A stretch of DNA of 64,000 bases. Source: Thermodesulfobacteriota bacterium (GTDB lineage: Bacteria; Desulfobacterota_D; UBA1144; Nemesobacterales; Nemesobacteraceae). The notes beneath the pieces were generated by a model. The model saw nothing but the letters and a program-made list of their open reading frames with translations, was not told the origin of the DNA and searched no databases. Where the stretch lies: assembly GCA_965209225.1 (NCBI GenBank), contig OZ242379.1:934762-998761 (forward strand), given 5' to 3'. This document shows positions 29,477 to 38,250 of this stretch, piece by piece; position 1 is the stretch's first letter, and each line of letters starts with the position of its first letter. The position numbers and the translations under genes are program-made.

Positions 29477-29828
29477 GGAGAGGTTGATTCATGACTGGGT
29501 AATAGGGCAGGTGGAGCAGAAGTACTCCTCGCTTTATAACGAGATACGTACCAACCCAGGCGAAGAGCAACTCTTTGAGTTCGAGGGTTTTTTCCCCGAC
29601 GTGATTCTCGGTTCATACGGGCAGGTCGTGCAGATTATTGAGGTTGAGACCGAAGCCACTATCGACGAAAAAAGAAGCGAGTACTGGAAAACCCTCTCGG
29701 AGCTTTCGGTTCAGCTCATTCTGCTTGTTCCCGCAAAGTCAAAGACTCATGCTACAGACCTTTGCTGGAAATGCGGACTTGCCGGCAAAGTGAAAATAGG
29801 AACATTCGAGGTCTCAATCAGGATATAG
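29460..29828 (+). CDS. hypothetical protein
   Basis: 122-aa ORF overlapping nadK end by 17 bp. Confidence 0.35.
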   Translation: MKIPSEERLIHDWVIGQVEQKYSSLYNEIRTNPGEEQLFEFEGFFPDVILGSYGQVVQIIEVETEATIDEKRSEYWKTLSELSVQLILLVPAKSKTHATDLCWKCGLAGKVKIGTFEVSIRI

Positions 29829-29843
29829 ATGTTCCCCGAGCGT

Positions 29844-30770
29844 TTATACCATGAACTGTCCTTCCCGAAGATCTTTTCTGCCCCGCTTGAATTCAGGAGC
29901 GTCCATTTTTCTTCCGCCCTCAATCTGAAGAGAGAGTATCTGCAAGATCCCATTACCCGTTGCGACGTCCAGGCTTTCTCCCCTGAGCGATACTATTTCT
30001 CCGGGTCTTCCTTCCCCCGGGCCCGAAAGTGCCCTTAATATCTTGAGGTTTTCCCCCCCGAGCGTGGTGTGGGCGGACGGCCACGGAGTCATCGCCCTTA
30101 CCAGGTTTTTTATCTCCTCTGCGTTTCGGCTCCAGTCCACCCGGCCGTCTTTTCTCGAGAGAAGAGGCGCGTAGGTTACCAAGGCCGAGTCCTGCTTTAC
30201 GGGAGATATTTCATTTTTTGCGATGCGGTCGATCGTTTGCAAAAGAAGCTGTGCTCCCTCAAGCGAAAGTCTTTTCGAAAGTTCTTCGGCGGTTTCCTCA
30301 TCTCCTATCCGTACTTCCCTTTGAGCGAGAATGTCTCCCGTGTCCATTTCCTCGTCAATCTGCATGATCGTAACTCCCGTTTTTTTCTCTCCTTTTGCTA
30401 TGGCCCAGTTAATCGGGGCTGCTCCCCTGTAACTGGGAAGCAGCGATGCGTGAACGTTTACACAGCCAAAGGGGGGCGCGTCAAGCATGGCGGTGGGGAG
30501 CATCTTTCCGTAGGCCGCGACCGCTATGAGATCGGGTGAAAGGGCCTTCAGTGTCTCTTGGAACTCGGGTGTTTTTAAGTCCTGGGGCTGAAAAACGGGC
30601 ACTCCTCGCTCCGCGGCAACTTTTTTTGTTTCCGGCCATACGGGTTTTCGGCTCCTCCCCCTTGGCCTGTCCGGCCTTGAGAGGAGCGCGATTACCTCGT
30701 GGGGAGAATCGCAAAGTGCCTCGAGCGATGGTACGGCGAATCCTGGTGTTCCGGCGAAGAGAACTCTCAT
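29844..30770 (-). CDS. fmt: methionyl-tRNA formyltransferase
   Basis: MRVLFAGTPGFAVPSLEAL N-terminus; start refined to internal Met. Confidence 0.9.
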   Translation of the reverse strand: MRVLFAGTPGFAVPSLEALCDSPHEVIALLSRPDRPRGRSRKPVWPETKKVAAERGVPVFQPQDLKTPEFQETLKALSPDLIAVAAYGKMLPTAMLDAPPFGCVNVHASLLPSYRGAAPINWAIAKGEKKTGVTIMQIDEEMDTGDILAQREVRIGDEETAEELSKRLSLEGAQLLLQTIDRIAKNEISPVKQDSALVTYAPLLSRKDGRVDWSRNAEEIKNLVRAMTPWPSAHTTLGGENLKILRALSGPGEGRPGEIVSLRGESLDVATGNGILQILSLQIEGGRKMDAPEFKRGRKDLREGQFMV

Positions 30771-30962
30771 TACGGTTTTTTCGGTGCACACTGTGCACAT
30801 TTTTTAGGCATGGTTTGCAGTCTCTAAGTCTACTTGAAAATCCCGGACCGTTGAGGATTTATTTTTTTCTAATTATTTCAAAGAGTTAGAACGAACACTC
30901 TCTGTCCTCTGTTTTTATGGCCCCTTAATTGCAAAAGGTATTGAGAAGAAAATTGTCCAAAC

Positions 30963-32324
30963 ATGGAGGAGTTGGTTATGAATATCGCAGATTTTTTAAG
31001 AAAACCCTTCGGATGCAGCCGCGTGCTGTTTCTTTCGGTTTTTGCTTTTGTTGTTCTGGGGGGCTATTCAGCTTTTGCGTCAGAAGGTGCGGCCCATTCT
31101 GTTTTCGTGGCGAACAACGTGTGGATGCTGCTTGCGACTTTTCTTGTCTTTATAATGCATCTCGGATTTGCCAGTCTCGAGACCGGACTTACCAGATCGA
31201 AGAACACGGTAAACATACTGTTTAAAAACACATTTATCATCTCGGCGGGCATTCTCACTTACGCCCTTATGGGTTTTAACCTTATGTACCCAGGAGATTT
31301 CATAGGTGGTGGCATCTTCGGGTTTGCCGGTTTCGGTATTTCAGCACCGGCCGGGGCTGAAGGGCTTATAGAGTATGCGGACGGCGGCTACACCTACTAC
31401 ACCGATTTCATATTCCAGGCAATGTTTGCCGCGACAGCGGCCACGATTGTCTCCGGAGCTGTTGCCGAACGTATAAAGCTTTCGAGCTTTCTTATTTTCG
31501 CAACCATATTCGTCGCCATAGTGTATCCCATAGCTGGATCCTGGAAGTGGGGCGGCGGATGGCTTGATCAGATGGGTTTTTACGATTTCGCCGGTTCCAC
31601 GCTCGTTCACAGCGTAGGAGGATGGGGAGGACTTGTCGGAGCCTATCTTCTTGGCCCGCGCATAGGGAAATATCTCGCCTCGGGAGCAATGAGGCCGATT
31701 CCGGGTCACTCTCTTCCGCTTCTTGCAGTCGGTGTGTTTCTGCTCTGGATGGGATGGTTCGGTTTTAACGGCGGTTCGGTGCTGAGCGCGGATCCGGAAC
31801 TGATTTCACTGGTCATAGTCACGACTTCGCTTGCGGCTGCCGCAGGTGCTTTAGGAGCGGCCTTCACGTCTTGGGGAACTTTCAAGTACCCTGACCTCTC
31901 CATGGCTCTAAACGGTGTGCTTGCGGGTCTTGTGGGAATCACGGCCGGGGCCGATGTGGTCTCTCCGGGAGAGGCGGTCATCATAGGGCTTGTGGCCGGA
32001 GTGATAGTGGTTTTCGCGGTCAGTTTCTTCGACAAGATAAGGATAGACGATCCGGTGGGAGCGATTTCCGTTCACTTGGTCTGCGGTATATGGGGAACGC
32101 TTGCCGTGGGAATTTTCGGAGGACCCGATTTCAGCTTTATGGTTCAGCTTATCGGGGTTCTGGCATACGGTGTCTTCACGGTCGTCTGCGCCTTCATCAT
32201 CTTCTACGCCATAAAGATGTCTATTGGCATAAGAGTGAGCGAGGAAGAGGAAAGAAGAGGACTGGATATAACCGAGCACGGAATGGAATCCTATCCGGAT
32301 TTTCAGGCCGCAACGCAGGTTTGA
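30963..32324 (+). CDS. amt: ammonium transporter (Amt family)
   Basis: About 11 TM helices, NVWMLLATFLVFIMHLGFASLETG signature region. Confidence 0.9.
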   Translation: MEELVMNIADFLRKPFGCSRVLFLSVFAFVVLGGYSAFASEGAAHSVFVANNVWMLLATFLVFIMHLGFASLETGLTRSKNTVNILFKNTFIISAGILTYALMGFNLMYPGDFIGGGIFGFAGFGISAPAGAEGLIEYADGGYTYYTDFIFQAMFAATAATIVSGAVAERIKLSSFLIFATIFVAIVYPIAGSWKWGGGWLDQMGFYDFAGSTLVHSVGGWGGLVGAYLLGPRIGKYLASGAMRPIPGHSLPLLAVGVFLLWMGWFGFNGGSVLSADPELISLVIVTTSLAAAAGALGAAFTSWGTFKYPDLSMALNGVLAGLVGITAGADVVSPGEAVIIGLVAGVIVVFAVSFFDKIRIDDPVGAISVHLVCGIWGTLAVGIFGGPDFSFMVQLIGVLAYGVFTVVCAFIIFYAIKMSIGIRVSEEEERRGLDITEHGMESYPDFQAATQV

Positions 32325-32378
32325 TAGCGTGAGAACAGGGAAAAAAGAAAATAATAACTCTTATTTAGGAGGAGAAAA

Positions 32379-33515
32379 ATGAGAAGTACAGTTTCTAAAC
32401 TTTCATTGATGATGATTGCGGCGGCTTTGCTGCTCGGGATCCAGTTCGGGGCCCCGAGGGCAAAGGCCCTCGACCTCGGAAATCTTGAGTCGGTTGGACT
32501 CGGCTTTTCACTTGACACGACTTACCAGTATGTTTCGAACGGAGAAGTCGGGGAGGGTATCGCTGAGAGGGGTCTTTATCCCGAACACAACGATTTTTCG
32601 ATAGACGCCTTCACTCTTTCGCTTGAAAAGGTTCCGACCATCGGCGATGGAGCAATGGATCAGGTGGGTTTCAGGGCGGATGTTCTTTTCGGCGAACAGG
32701 CTGAACGTCTCGGCTTCGGTTTTAACACCGACGGCGACGGCGCGGTGAGCCCTTATCAGGCTTACATAAACGTGCTTGTTCCGTCAGGCACAGGCGGTCT
32801 TAACATCTACGCCGGTCAGTTCACCACGCTTGCGGGCTGGGAACTTATAGAGGCCAAGGACAACGCCAACATAACGAGGTCCCTGCTTTTTTACAGGATT
32901 CCGTTTGCGCACAGCGGCGTTCGGGCCACCTTCAGTGCCGGATCGCTTGATTTCGCTCTCGGCTTAAGCAACGACTGGGACGCGGTTGATGACGTGAATG
33001 ATGGCAAGACGTTTGAAAGCCAGATCGCGCTTAATTTCGCGAACGACGGCTGGCTAGGCGTTACCGGGTACTTCGGCAATACTCAGACTCCAGACGGAGA
33101 GGAAAGTAACAGGACTCTCGTTACGGTCGTTGGAAGCATGACCCTTATGGAGAAGCTAACCTTGATAGCTGATTTTGAGTATACGTCGTATGACGCCGGG
33201 GGAGACCGCTGGGGATTTGCGGGTTACGCGATAGTAAGTCTTGCGGATTCCGTGTCACTTGCTCTCAGGGGTGAATATGTTGATGATGAGGAAATAAGGG
33301 AGTTCGATGACGACGGAATGTTCACAGGTCTAGCTGGCCTCAAGCTCTACGAGTTTACCTCGACTCTCATACTGACTCCTTTCGAGTCCGTGGGGAATTT
33401 CGAGACGAGGCTTGAGTACAGGTATGACATGGCGGACGGCGACGACGCTTATTTTGCCGGCGAAGATAATCAGCACGGATTCGCCGTACAGCTTCTTTAC
33501 TGGCTTGACATATAG
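32379..33515 (+). CDS. putative outer-membrane beta-barrel porin (amt-associated)
   Basis: Signal peptide ending AKA, alternating amphipathic beta-strand pattern, aromatic C-terminal region. Confidence 0.5.
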   Translation: MRSTVSKLSLMMIAAALLLGIQFGAPRAKALDLGNLESVGLGFSLDTTYQYVSNGEVGEGIAERGLYPEHNDFSIDAFTLSLEKVPTIGDGAMDQVGFRADVLFGEQAERLGFGFNTDGDGAVSPYQAYINVLVPSGTGGLNIYAGQFTTLAGWELIEAKDNANITRSLLFYRIPFAHSGVRATFSAGSLDFALGLSNDWDAVDDVNDGKTFESQIALNFANDGWLGVTGYFGNTQTPDGEESNRTLVTVVGSMTLMEKLTLIADFEYTSYDAGGDRWGFAGYAIVSLADSVSLALRGEYVDDEEIREFDDDGMFTGLAGLKLYEFTSTLILTPFESVGNFETRLEYRYDMADGDDAYFAGEDNQHGFAVQLLYWLDI

Positions 33516-33609
33516 ATAGATAAAGGAAACCAAACACAACGCAGAAGAAAAAAAACCATCTCTCCATACCTCTTTTCTCTGTGTTCGAGGGGGCTTCGGT
33601 TCTTTAGAA

Positions 33610-33632
33610 AAGGGCCGGGGCCCCTTTGTTTA
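33610..33632 (+). terminator. rho-independent terminator candidate after porin gene
   Basis: GGGCCGGGGCCC hairpin followed by CTTTGTTT. Confidence 0.45.
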
Positions 33633-33701
33633 TGAACGGGGAAACTTCGTTCCTTGAAACAAAATATTTTCTTCGGGTAGAATTAAAGCCCGTTTGTTCC
33701 T

Positions 33702-33774
<73 letters not shown>

Positions 33775-33843
33775 CACAATTTCTGCAGTGTTTTCGCGGG
33801 GAGAACGGAATTTTCGCATCTCTGCGCCTAAGCGAGGAAGTTT

Positions 33844-34287
33844 ATGCTGAAGCCCCTTAATCAAACAGTTGGCGTGCTAGTCACTGTCGCGGCCCTTGCC
33901 GCTTGTGCTTTTATCCTTTCATGTTCTTCCGAGGCACAGACAAACCCGTGTCCAGACGGTACCGAGTCTTATACCGAATATAGACTTTTTTTCGGGCGTG
34001 GGAATGCGGATAACCGACAAGTGGTTAGTGATCAGCAGTGGGACGAGTTTGTCGAAGACACCATAACCGTTGAGTTTCCTGAAGGTCTTACCATTCTGGA
34101 TGCCTATGGACAGTACACCAATTCCGACGGAATACTTATAGAAGAGGACACTAAGATCCTTATAATCCTTGTCCCGCCAAATGCCAATTCTGCTCCCGGA
34201 ATAAACAGGATTATTGAGGGGTACAAAAGCAGGTTTGCTCAGCAGGGGGTTTTGCGCCAGATAATAAACACCTGTGCGTCGTTCTGA
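33844..34287 (+). CDS. DUF3574-like lipoprotein
   Basis: Lipobox ILSC, YRLFFGRGN...VSDQQWDEFVEDTITVEFPEGLTILDAYGQY pattern. Confidence 0.55.
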   Translation: MLKPLNQTVGVLVTVAALAACAFILSCSSEAQTNPCPDGTESYTEYRLFFGRGNADNRQVVSDQQWDEFVEDTITVEFPEGLTILDAYGQYTNSDGILIEEDTKILIILVPPNANSAPGINRIIEGYKSRFAQQGVLRQIINTCASF

Positions 34288-34439
34288 CTCTGTCTTATCG
34301 TCTGGGTTTTGTTGCCGCCCTCTGGAGCTTTTGTTCCCGTAGGTCTCCTTTTATTAGAAAAAGCCATCCGTGTTTAGAACAATTTGAAAAAAGGAAGGAA
34401 TTTGCTATTATTGATGGCAAATATATAAGGAGTTGTTCT

Positions 34440-34679
34440 ATGCCCGCAAACCTGCATGTTCGAAATGTTGACGATGATCTTATAATTCGTCTCAAACGTC
34501 GCGCGGCCCGCCACGGACGTTCTGCGGAGGCTGAACACCGGGAAATCTTACGCCAGGCGCTTTCCGCCGAAGCTGAACCCGCGTTTGAGGAGATTGCGGC
34601 AAAGCTCCGCCAGATGACTGGAGGCCGCAAGCATACTCCGGCAGAATATCTTTTGCGCGAAGGGCGTAACAAACGGTGA
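34440..34679 (+). CDS. vapB: ribbon-helix-helix antitoxin (FitA/VapB-like)
   Basis: MPANLHVRNVDDDLIIRLKRRAARHGRSAEAEHREIL Arc/RHH pattern; 4-bp overlap with PIN toxin gene. Confidence 0.8.
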   Translation: MPANLHVRNVDDDLIIRLKRRAARHGRSAEAEHREILRQALSAEAEPAFEEIAAKLRQMTGGRKHTPAEYLLREGRNKR

Positions 34680-35122
34680 ACAGTTACGTTATTGATGCTA
34701 GTGTCGCGGTCAAGTGGATTGTGGAGGAGGAAGGGACTGCCGAAGCTCTGACTGTTCTGGGAAATGCCCAATTATCTGCGCCCGACCTTTTAATCGCGGA
34801 ATGTGCCAACATCCTATGGAAAAAAGTCCGGCTTGATGAATTCTCCAAGGACGAAGCTATGGTCGGAGCGCAGTTTCTTGAACAGGCGGAAGTTGAACTT
34901 CTTCCGACCCGGCACTTGCTTGGTTCCGCTACTGCTCTTGCGGTTGAGCTTGATCATCCCGCATACGACTGTCTTTATCTGGCGACAGCACTGGAGAGAA
35001 ACTGCCAATTTGTAACCGCGGACAAACATTTTAAGCGCAAAGTCTCGGAGCATCCGTCAGAACGATTTTCAGACGTGATATTATCTCTTTCTGAGGCCGC
35101 GGTGGCCCTTGCTGAAGACTGA
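34676..35122 (+). CDS. vapC: PIN-domain toxin (VapC/FitB-like)
   Basis: IDASVAVKW...acidic PIN residues; 148 aa. Confidence 0.85.
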   Translation: MNSYVIDASVAVKWIVEEEGTAEALTVLGNAQLSAPDLLIAECANILWKKVRLDEFSKDEAMVGAQFLEQAEVELLPTRHLLGSATALAVELDHPAYDCLYLATALERNCQFVTADKHFKRKVSEHPSERFSDVILSLSEAAVALAED

Positions 35123-35285
35123 GTTATGCATGCGTCTGGGACAGCAGAGGCCATAGATCAAAGACCCCTATCCACTCCCCTCGTTTTTAAACCGTGGTCT
35201 TAAGATGTGTCAGACTGGATTGTTTTGTTGTGTACCTTAAGTTAAACTTGGCACACAGGACTATTTTATTCTCGGAGGGTTTTGA

Positions 35286-35699
35286 ATGAAGTTTGGAGAC
35301 TATCTAAAGGGGATAAGGAAAAGAAGAAAGATTACCCAGGAAAACCTCGCTCGATCTCTTGAGGTCTCGAGCGTGTACATACATCAGCTTGAAACCGGAA
35401 AGGTTGATGCGCCCTCTTTTGACCGCTGCCAGCAGATATCTTCAATTCTGGGGGTGAAGGTTGAGGAAATCTGGAGCGTCTCAAGGACGGAAAGACTCAA
35501 AAGATTCATCGAAAAAGAGGCCATATCAGAACAGGAGCTCGAGGTTCTCACAAAGGAGGAGAAGATGCTCCTTAAGCTTTACAGAAATCTAGACGGGGAA
35601 ATAAAAAAGGATTTTGCCGGAATGGTATTCATGCTTCTCCGACATTCACAGGACAAGAATCTACGCAAGATACTTGAAGAGTTTGTAAAATGCGCCTGA
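35286..35699 (+). CDS. XRE-family HTH transcriptional regulator with C-terminal extension
   Basis: ITQENLARSLEVSSVYIHQLETGK HTH_3 pattern. Confidence 0.7.
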   Translation: MKFGDYLKGIRKRRKITQENLARSLEVSSVYIHQLETGKVDAPSFDRCQQISSILGVKVEEIWSVSRTERLKRFIEKEAISEQELEVLTKEEKMLLKLYRNLDGEIKKDFAGMVFMLLRHSQDKNLRKILEEFVKCA

Positions 35700-36451
35700 A
35701 CCAGAAATTTGGACTGCTGTTCAAAATATCAATGGTTGAGCTGGGCATCATAGCCCTTATAGGTGTGGTGTTCTATTTTCAGTTTGATAACGCGAAAAAA
35801 GACTTTGTCACCAGAACCAAAGCCATAGCCGAGACTATAGGAGACCAGGCGACCAGTTTCTATCGGGATCACGGAGAGGGGTCTACAAGCGACGAGTTTT
35901 ATCTTTTTCTTGACCAGAGGCTGGGCAGAGAGAAGCTGTTTAACACTTTCGGGGTCTCTCCCAAATTTTTCAGCGTTACTTTTATGAAACAGCCGGAAGA
36001 CGAAATGGCTTCCGGACACTTTCTGGAGAACACTTATCCGCCCGAGGGATACTCGGTTGAAAGATACGCAGGAAAGATTTCCGTTTCCGTTCCGTTTCTC
36101 TCCCCGCAGGTCAATGGGCCGCTCGGCATAGTCAAGATCGATTCCGACACGAAAACATTGATGAAAAAGGTTTTCGCCGACAACTTTCTGCTCTACGTAG
36201 CTATTTTAGTGGTGCTAAACAATCAGGCCTTTATTCTTCATCTGTTCTTAAGAAGGAGAAAGGAGGAGATCCCCTTCAGCGAGGGTTATCTCAGGGAACA
36301 CTCCATAAGCGCGCTTAAGCTGATGCACAAGGTGCTTGGAGACATAATAGAAGATCACGCTTCTGAAGATAAAAAGACTGCGGAAAAGAAAACTGCGGAT
36401 CCAGCGAACGTAATTTCGATTTTAAACGTGGGCACTAAACCGGAAAAATGA
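35690..36451 (+). CDS. hypothetical bitopic membrane protein (TM-periplasmic domain-TM)
   Basis: Two hydrophobic helices flanking a 140-aa region; overlaps neighbours. Confidence 0.5.
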   Translation: MRLNQKFGLLFKISMVELGIIALIGVVFYFQFDNAKKDFVTRTKAIAETIGDQATSFYRDHGEGSTSDEFYLFLDQRLGREKLFNTFGVSPKFFSVTFMKQPEDEMASGHFLENTYPPEGYSVERYAGKISVSVPFLSPQVNGPLGIVKIDSDTKTLMKKVFADNFLLYVAILVVLNNQAFILHLFLRRRKEEIPFSEGYLREHSISALKLMHKVLGDIIEDHASEDKKTAEKKTADPANVISILNVGTKPEK

Positions 36452-36813
36452 AAAAGAGCTTCCTGATTACGTCATTATTTGTCCTCGCGGCCTTTGTTCT
36501 TGCGGCCTGCACCGCGGAGGAATCCGCCGTTGAACTCGACGGGCCGGTTCTCCAGACCGAGAATTTTGACGGAAGCGTGGATTTTAACGGCGCCGTGGTG
36601 AACACGGCGAATTTCCCGGTACAGTCAGTTTACGTCGTCATATTCGTAAAGGATTCGGATGGAGATGCCCTTGCCGCGACCTCCGCGCTTGTTGAGGAAG
36701 GGGAAAGACTTGATCCGACGGAAAGCTTTTTCTTCACAGCCAGTTTCGATAGCCTTCCCCCGGAAGCCCATTCAAGGGAAGTGCAAATTTACTACGATCT
36801 TGTGGAAGAGTAG
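36448..36813 (+). CDS. hypothetical lipoprotein
   Basis: LAAC lipobox signal peptide. Confidence 0.5.
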   Translation: MKKSFLITSLFVLAAFVLAACTAEESAVELDGPVLQTENFDGSVDFNGAVVNTANFPVQSVYVVIFVKDSDGDALAATSALVEEGERLDPTESFFFTASFDSLPPEAHSREVQIYYDLVEE

Positions 36814-36831
36814 TTTTCAATCCCCGGTTCG

Positions 36832-37914
36832 TTGATTTCTCCTTTTAAAAAATTGGCTTTCGGTAAACTTCGTCGCCCAGATTCCCTTCTTGAGGGGAAA
36901 GATGCCATGGTTGGGATAGATATAGGTTCAAGTTCCGTCAAGATTGTGGAACTTTCCTACGGGGGTGGGAACTACCGGCTTGAGAATATGGGAGAGGCTA
37001 TGTTTCCCAGAGATGCAATAGTCCGCAAGTCAATTTCAAGGGGCGACATAGTTTCAGGGGTTGTATCAAGTCTCGTTTCCAGACTCGGCGTGAGAACGAA
37101 AAAGGCGGTTATAGGAGTTTCCGGCGAAGCCGTTGCTTTAAAAGTCGTAAATGTTCCCAGAATTTTTCTCGGAGAGGACATGGAAAAACTTGTTCCGGAC
37201 CTCGTGAGAACCACTCTTCGCAAAGAGGTTAAGGGGGTTAATTACAGCTACACTCCGCTTTTCCGCCGCAACGGGGAATCCGAGGAGACCCAGGTGCTGG
37301 TTGCGGCCGTTTCGAAAAAAACGGCGCGGGAGTATAAAAATTCGCTTTTCTCGGCGGGACTCCGCGCCCAGATAATTGATGTTGACGCCATGGCCCTTTC
37401 AAACTCCTATACAGCTTTTTGCCGAGGTCGCGGAGAGAATGTGGCGCTTGTGAATATCGGAGCTTCAGGGACTAACTTGAGCGTTTTGGATGGTACAGTG
37501 CCTTTTTTACTGAAGGATATTTCGCTTGGGGGACAATGGATTACGCTTCGTTTGATGGAGGAATTCAAAATCACTTACGAGGAGGCGGAGAGAATAAAGT
37601 TCAGCCTTAAAGGTTATGGAAGATATGACGAGATAGAAAGTGTTTTCACTGATTTCGTTGCTCGTGCCACCGATGAGATAAAGACGGTTCTTGATGAAGC
37701 AGGAGACGTAATCGACCGGATAATTCTTTCCGGGGGATCTTCAAGAATAGCAACTCTCGCCGGTGCACTTGGAGAGGCCACCGGGGTTCAGGTCGAGATT
37801 TCGAATCCTTTTCGGAATATCACCGTTTCGGATTCGCGTTTTGATCCTGAATACATTGAACATCTGGCCCCGAAGATGACGGTTGCGGCGGGACTTGCGC
37901 TGAGGGGTTTGTGA
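36832..37914 (+). CDS. pilM: PilM-like actin-fold ATPase (type IV pilus assembly PilM family), orphan
   Basis: FKKLAFGK...MVGIDIGSSSVKIVEL N-terminus and actin-like fold length; TTG start at 36832 or ATG at 36907. Confidence 0.75.
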   Translation: MISPFKKLAFGKLRRPDSLLEGKDAMVGIDIGSSSVKIVELSYGGGNYRLENMGEAMFPRDAIVRKSISRGDIVSGVVSSLVSRLGVRTKKAVIGVSGEAVALKVVNVPRIFLGEDMEKLVPDLVRTTLRKEVKGVNYSYTPLFRRNGESEETQVLVAAVSKKTAREYKNSLFSAGLRAQIIDVDAMALSNSYTAFCRGRGENVALVNIGASGTNLSVLDGTVPFLLKDISLGGQWITLRLMEEFKITYEEAERIKFSLKGYGRYDEIESVFTDFVARATDEIKTVLDEAGDVIDRIILSGGSSRIATLAGALGEATGVQVEISNPFRNITVSDSRFDPEYIEHLAPKMTVAAGLALRGL

Positions 37915-37952
37915 ATAGAAGAAAAAACTGGTAAGAAATTCCGCATACCGGA

Positions 37953-38186
37953 TTAGTTTCTTGAAGGTATAAGGTGGACTATCAGAGAAACCGCAAGCGC
38001 GACCGCGCCGACTACCGAGAGAACCTTAAAGTAAAAAGACCAGTCGAGTGAGAATTTGAGGGAAATTCCGAAACCTACTATAAAAAGGACAAGGGCGGTT
38101 ATGAGAATCCCTCCGAGAATGTTTGTTCTAAGCATGAAAAAACTCCAGAAAGCAGAATTAATAAGAAACGGCACTATTGTATACAA
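37953..38186 (-). CDS. hypothetical small membrane protein
   Basis: Two TM helices. Confidence 0.3.
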   Translation of the reverse strand: MYTIVPFLINSAFWSFFMLRTNILGGILITALVLFIVGFGISLKFSLDWSFYFKVLSVVGAVALAVSLIVHLIPSRN

Positions 38187-38250
38187 GACCTCGTAAATTT
38201 CAATCCTTAAAACAGGGAAGTTCCTGCGGCTGAGAAGCCGGGTTTATATC

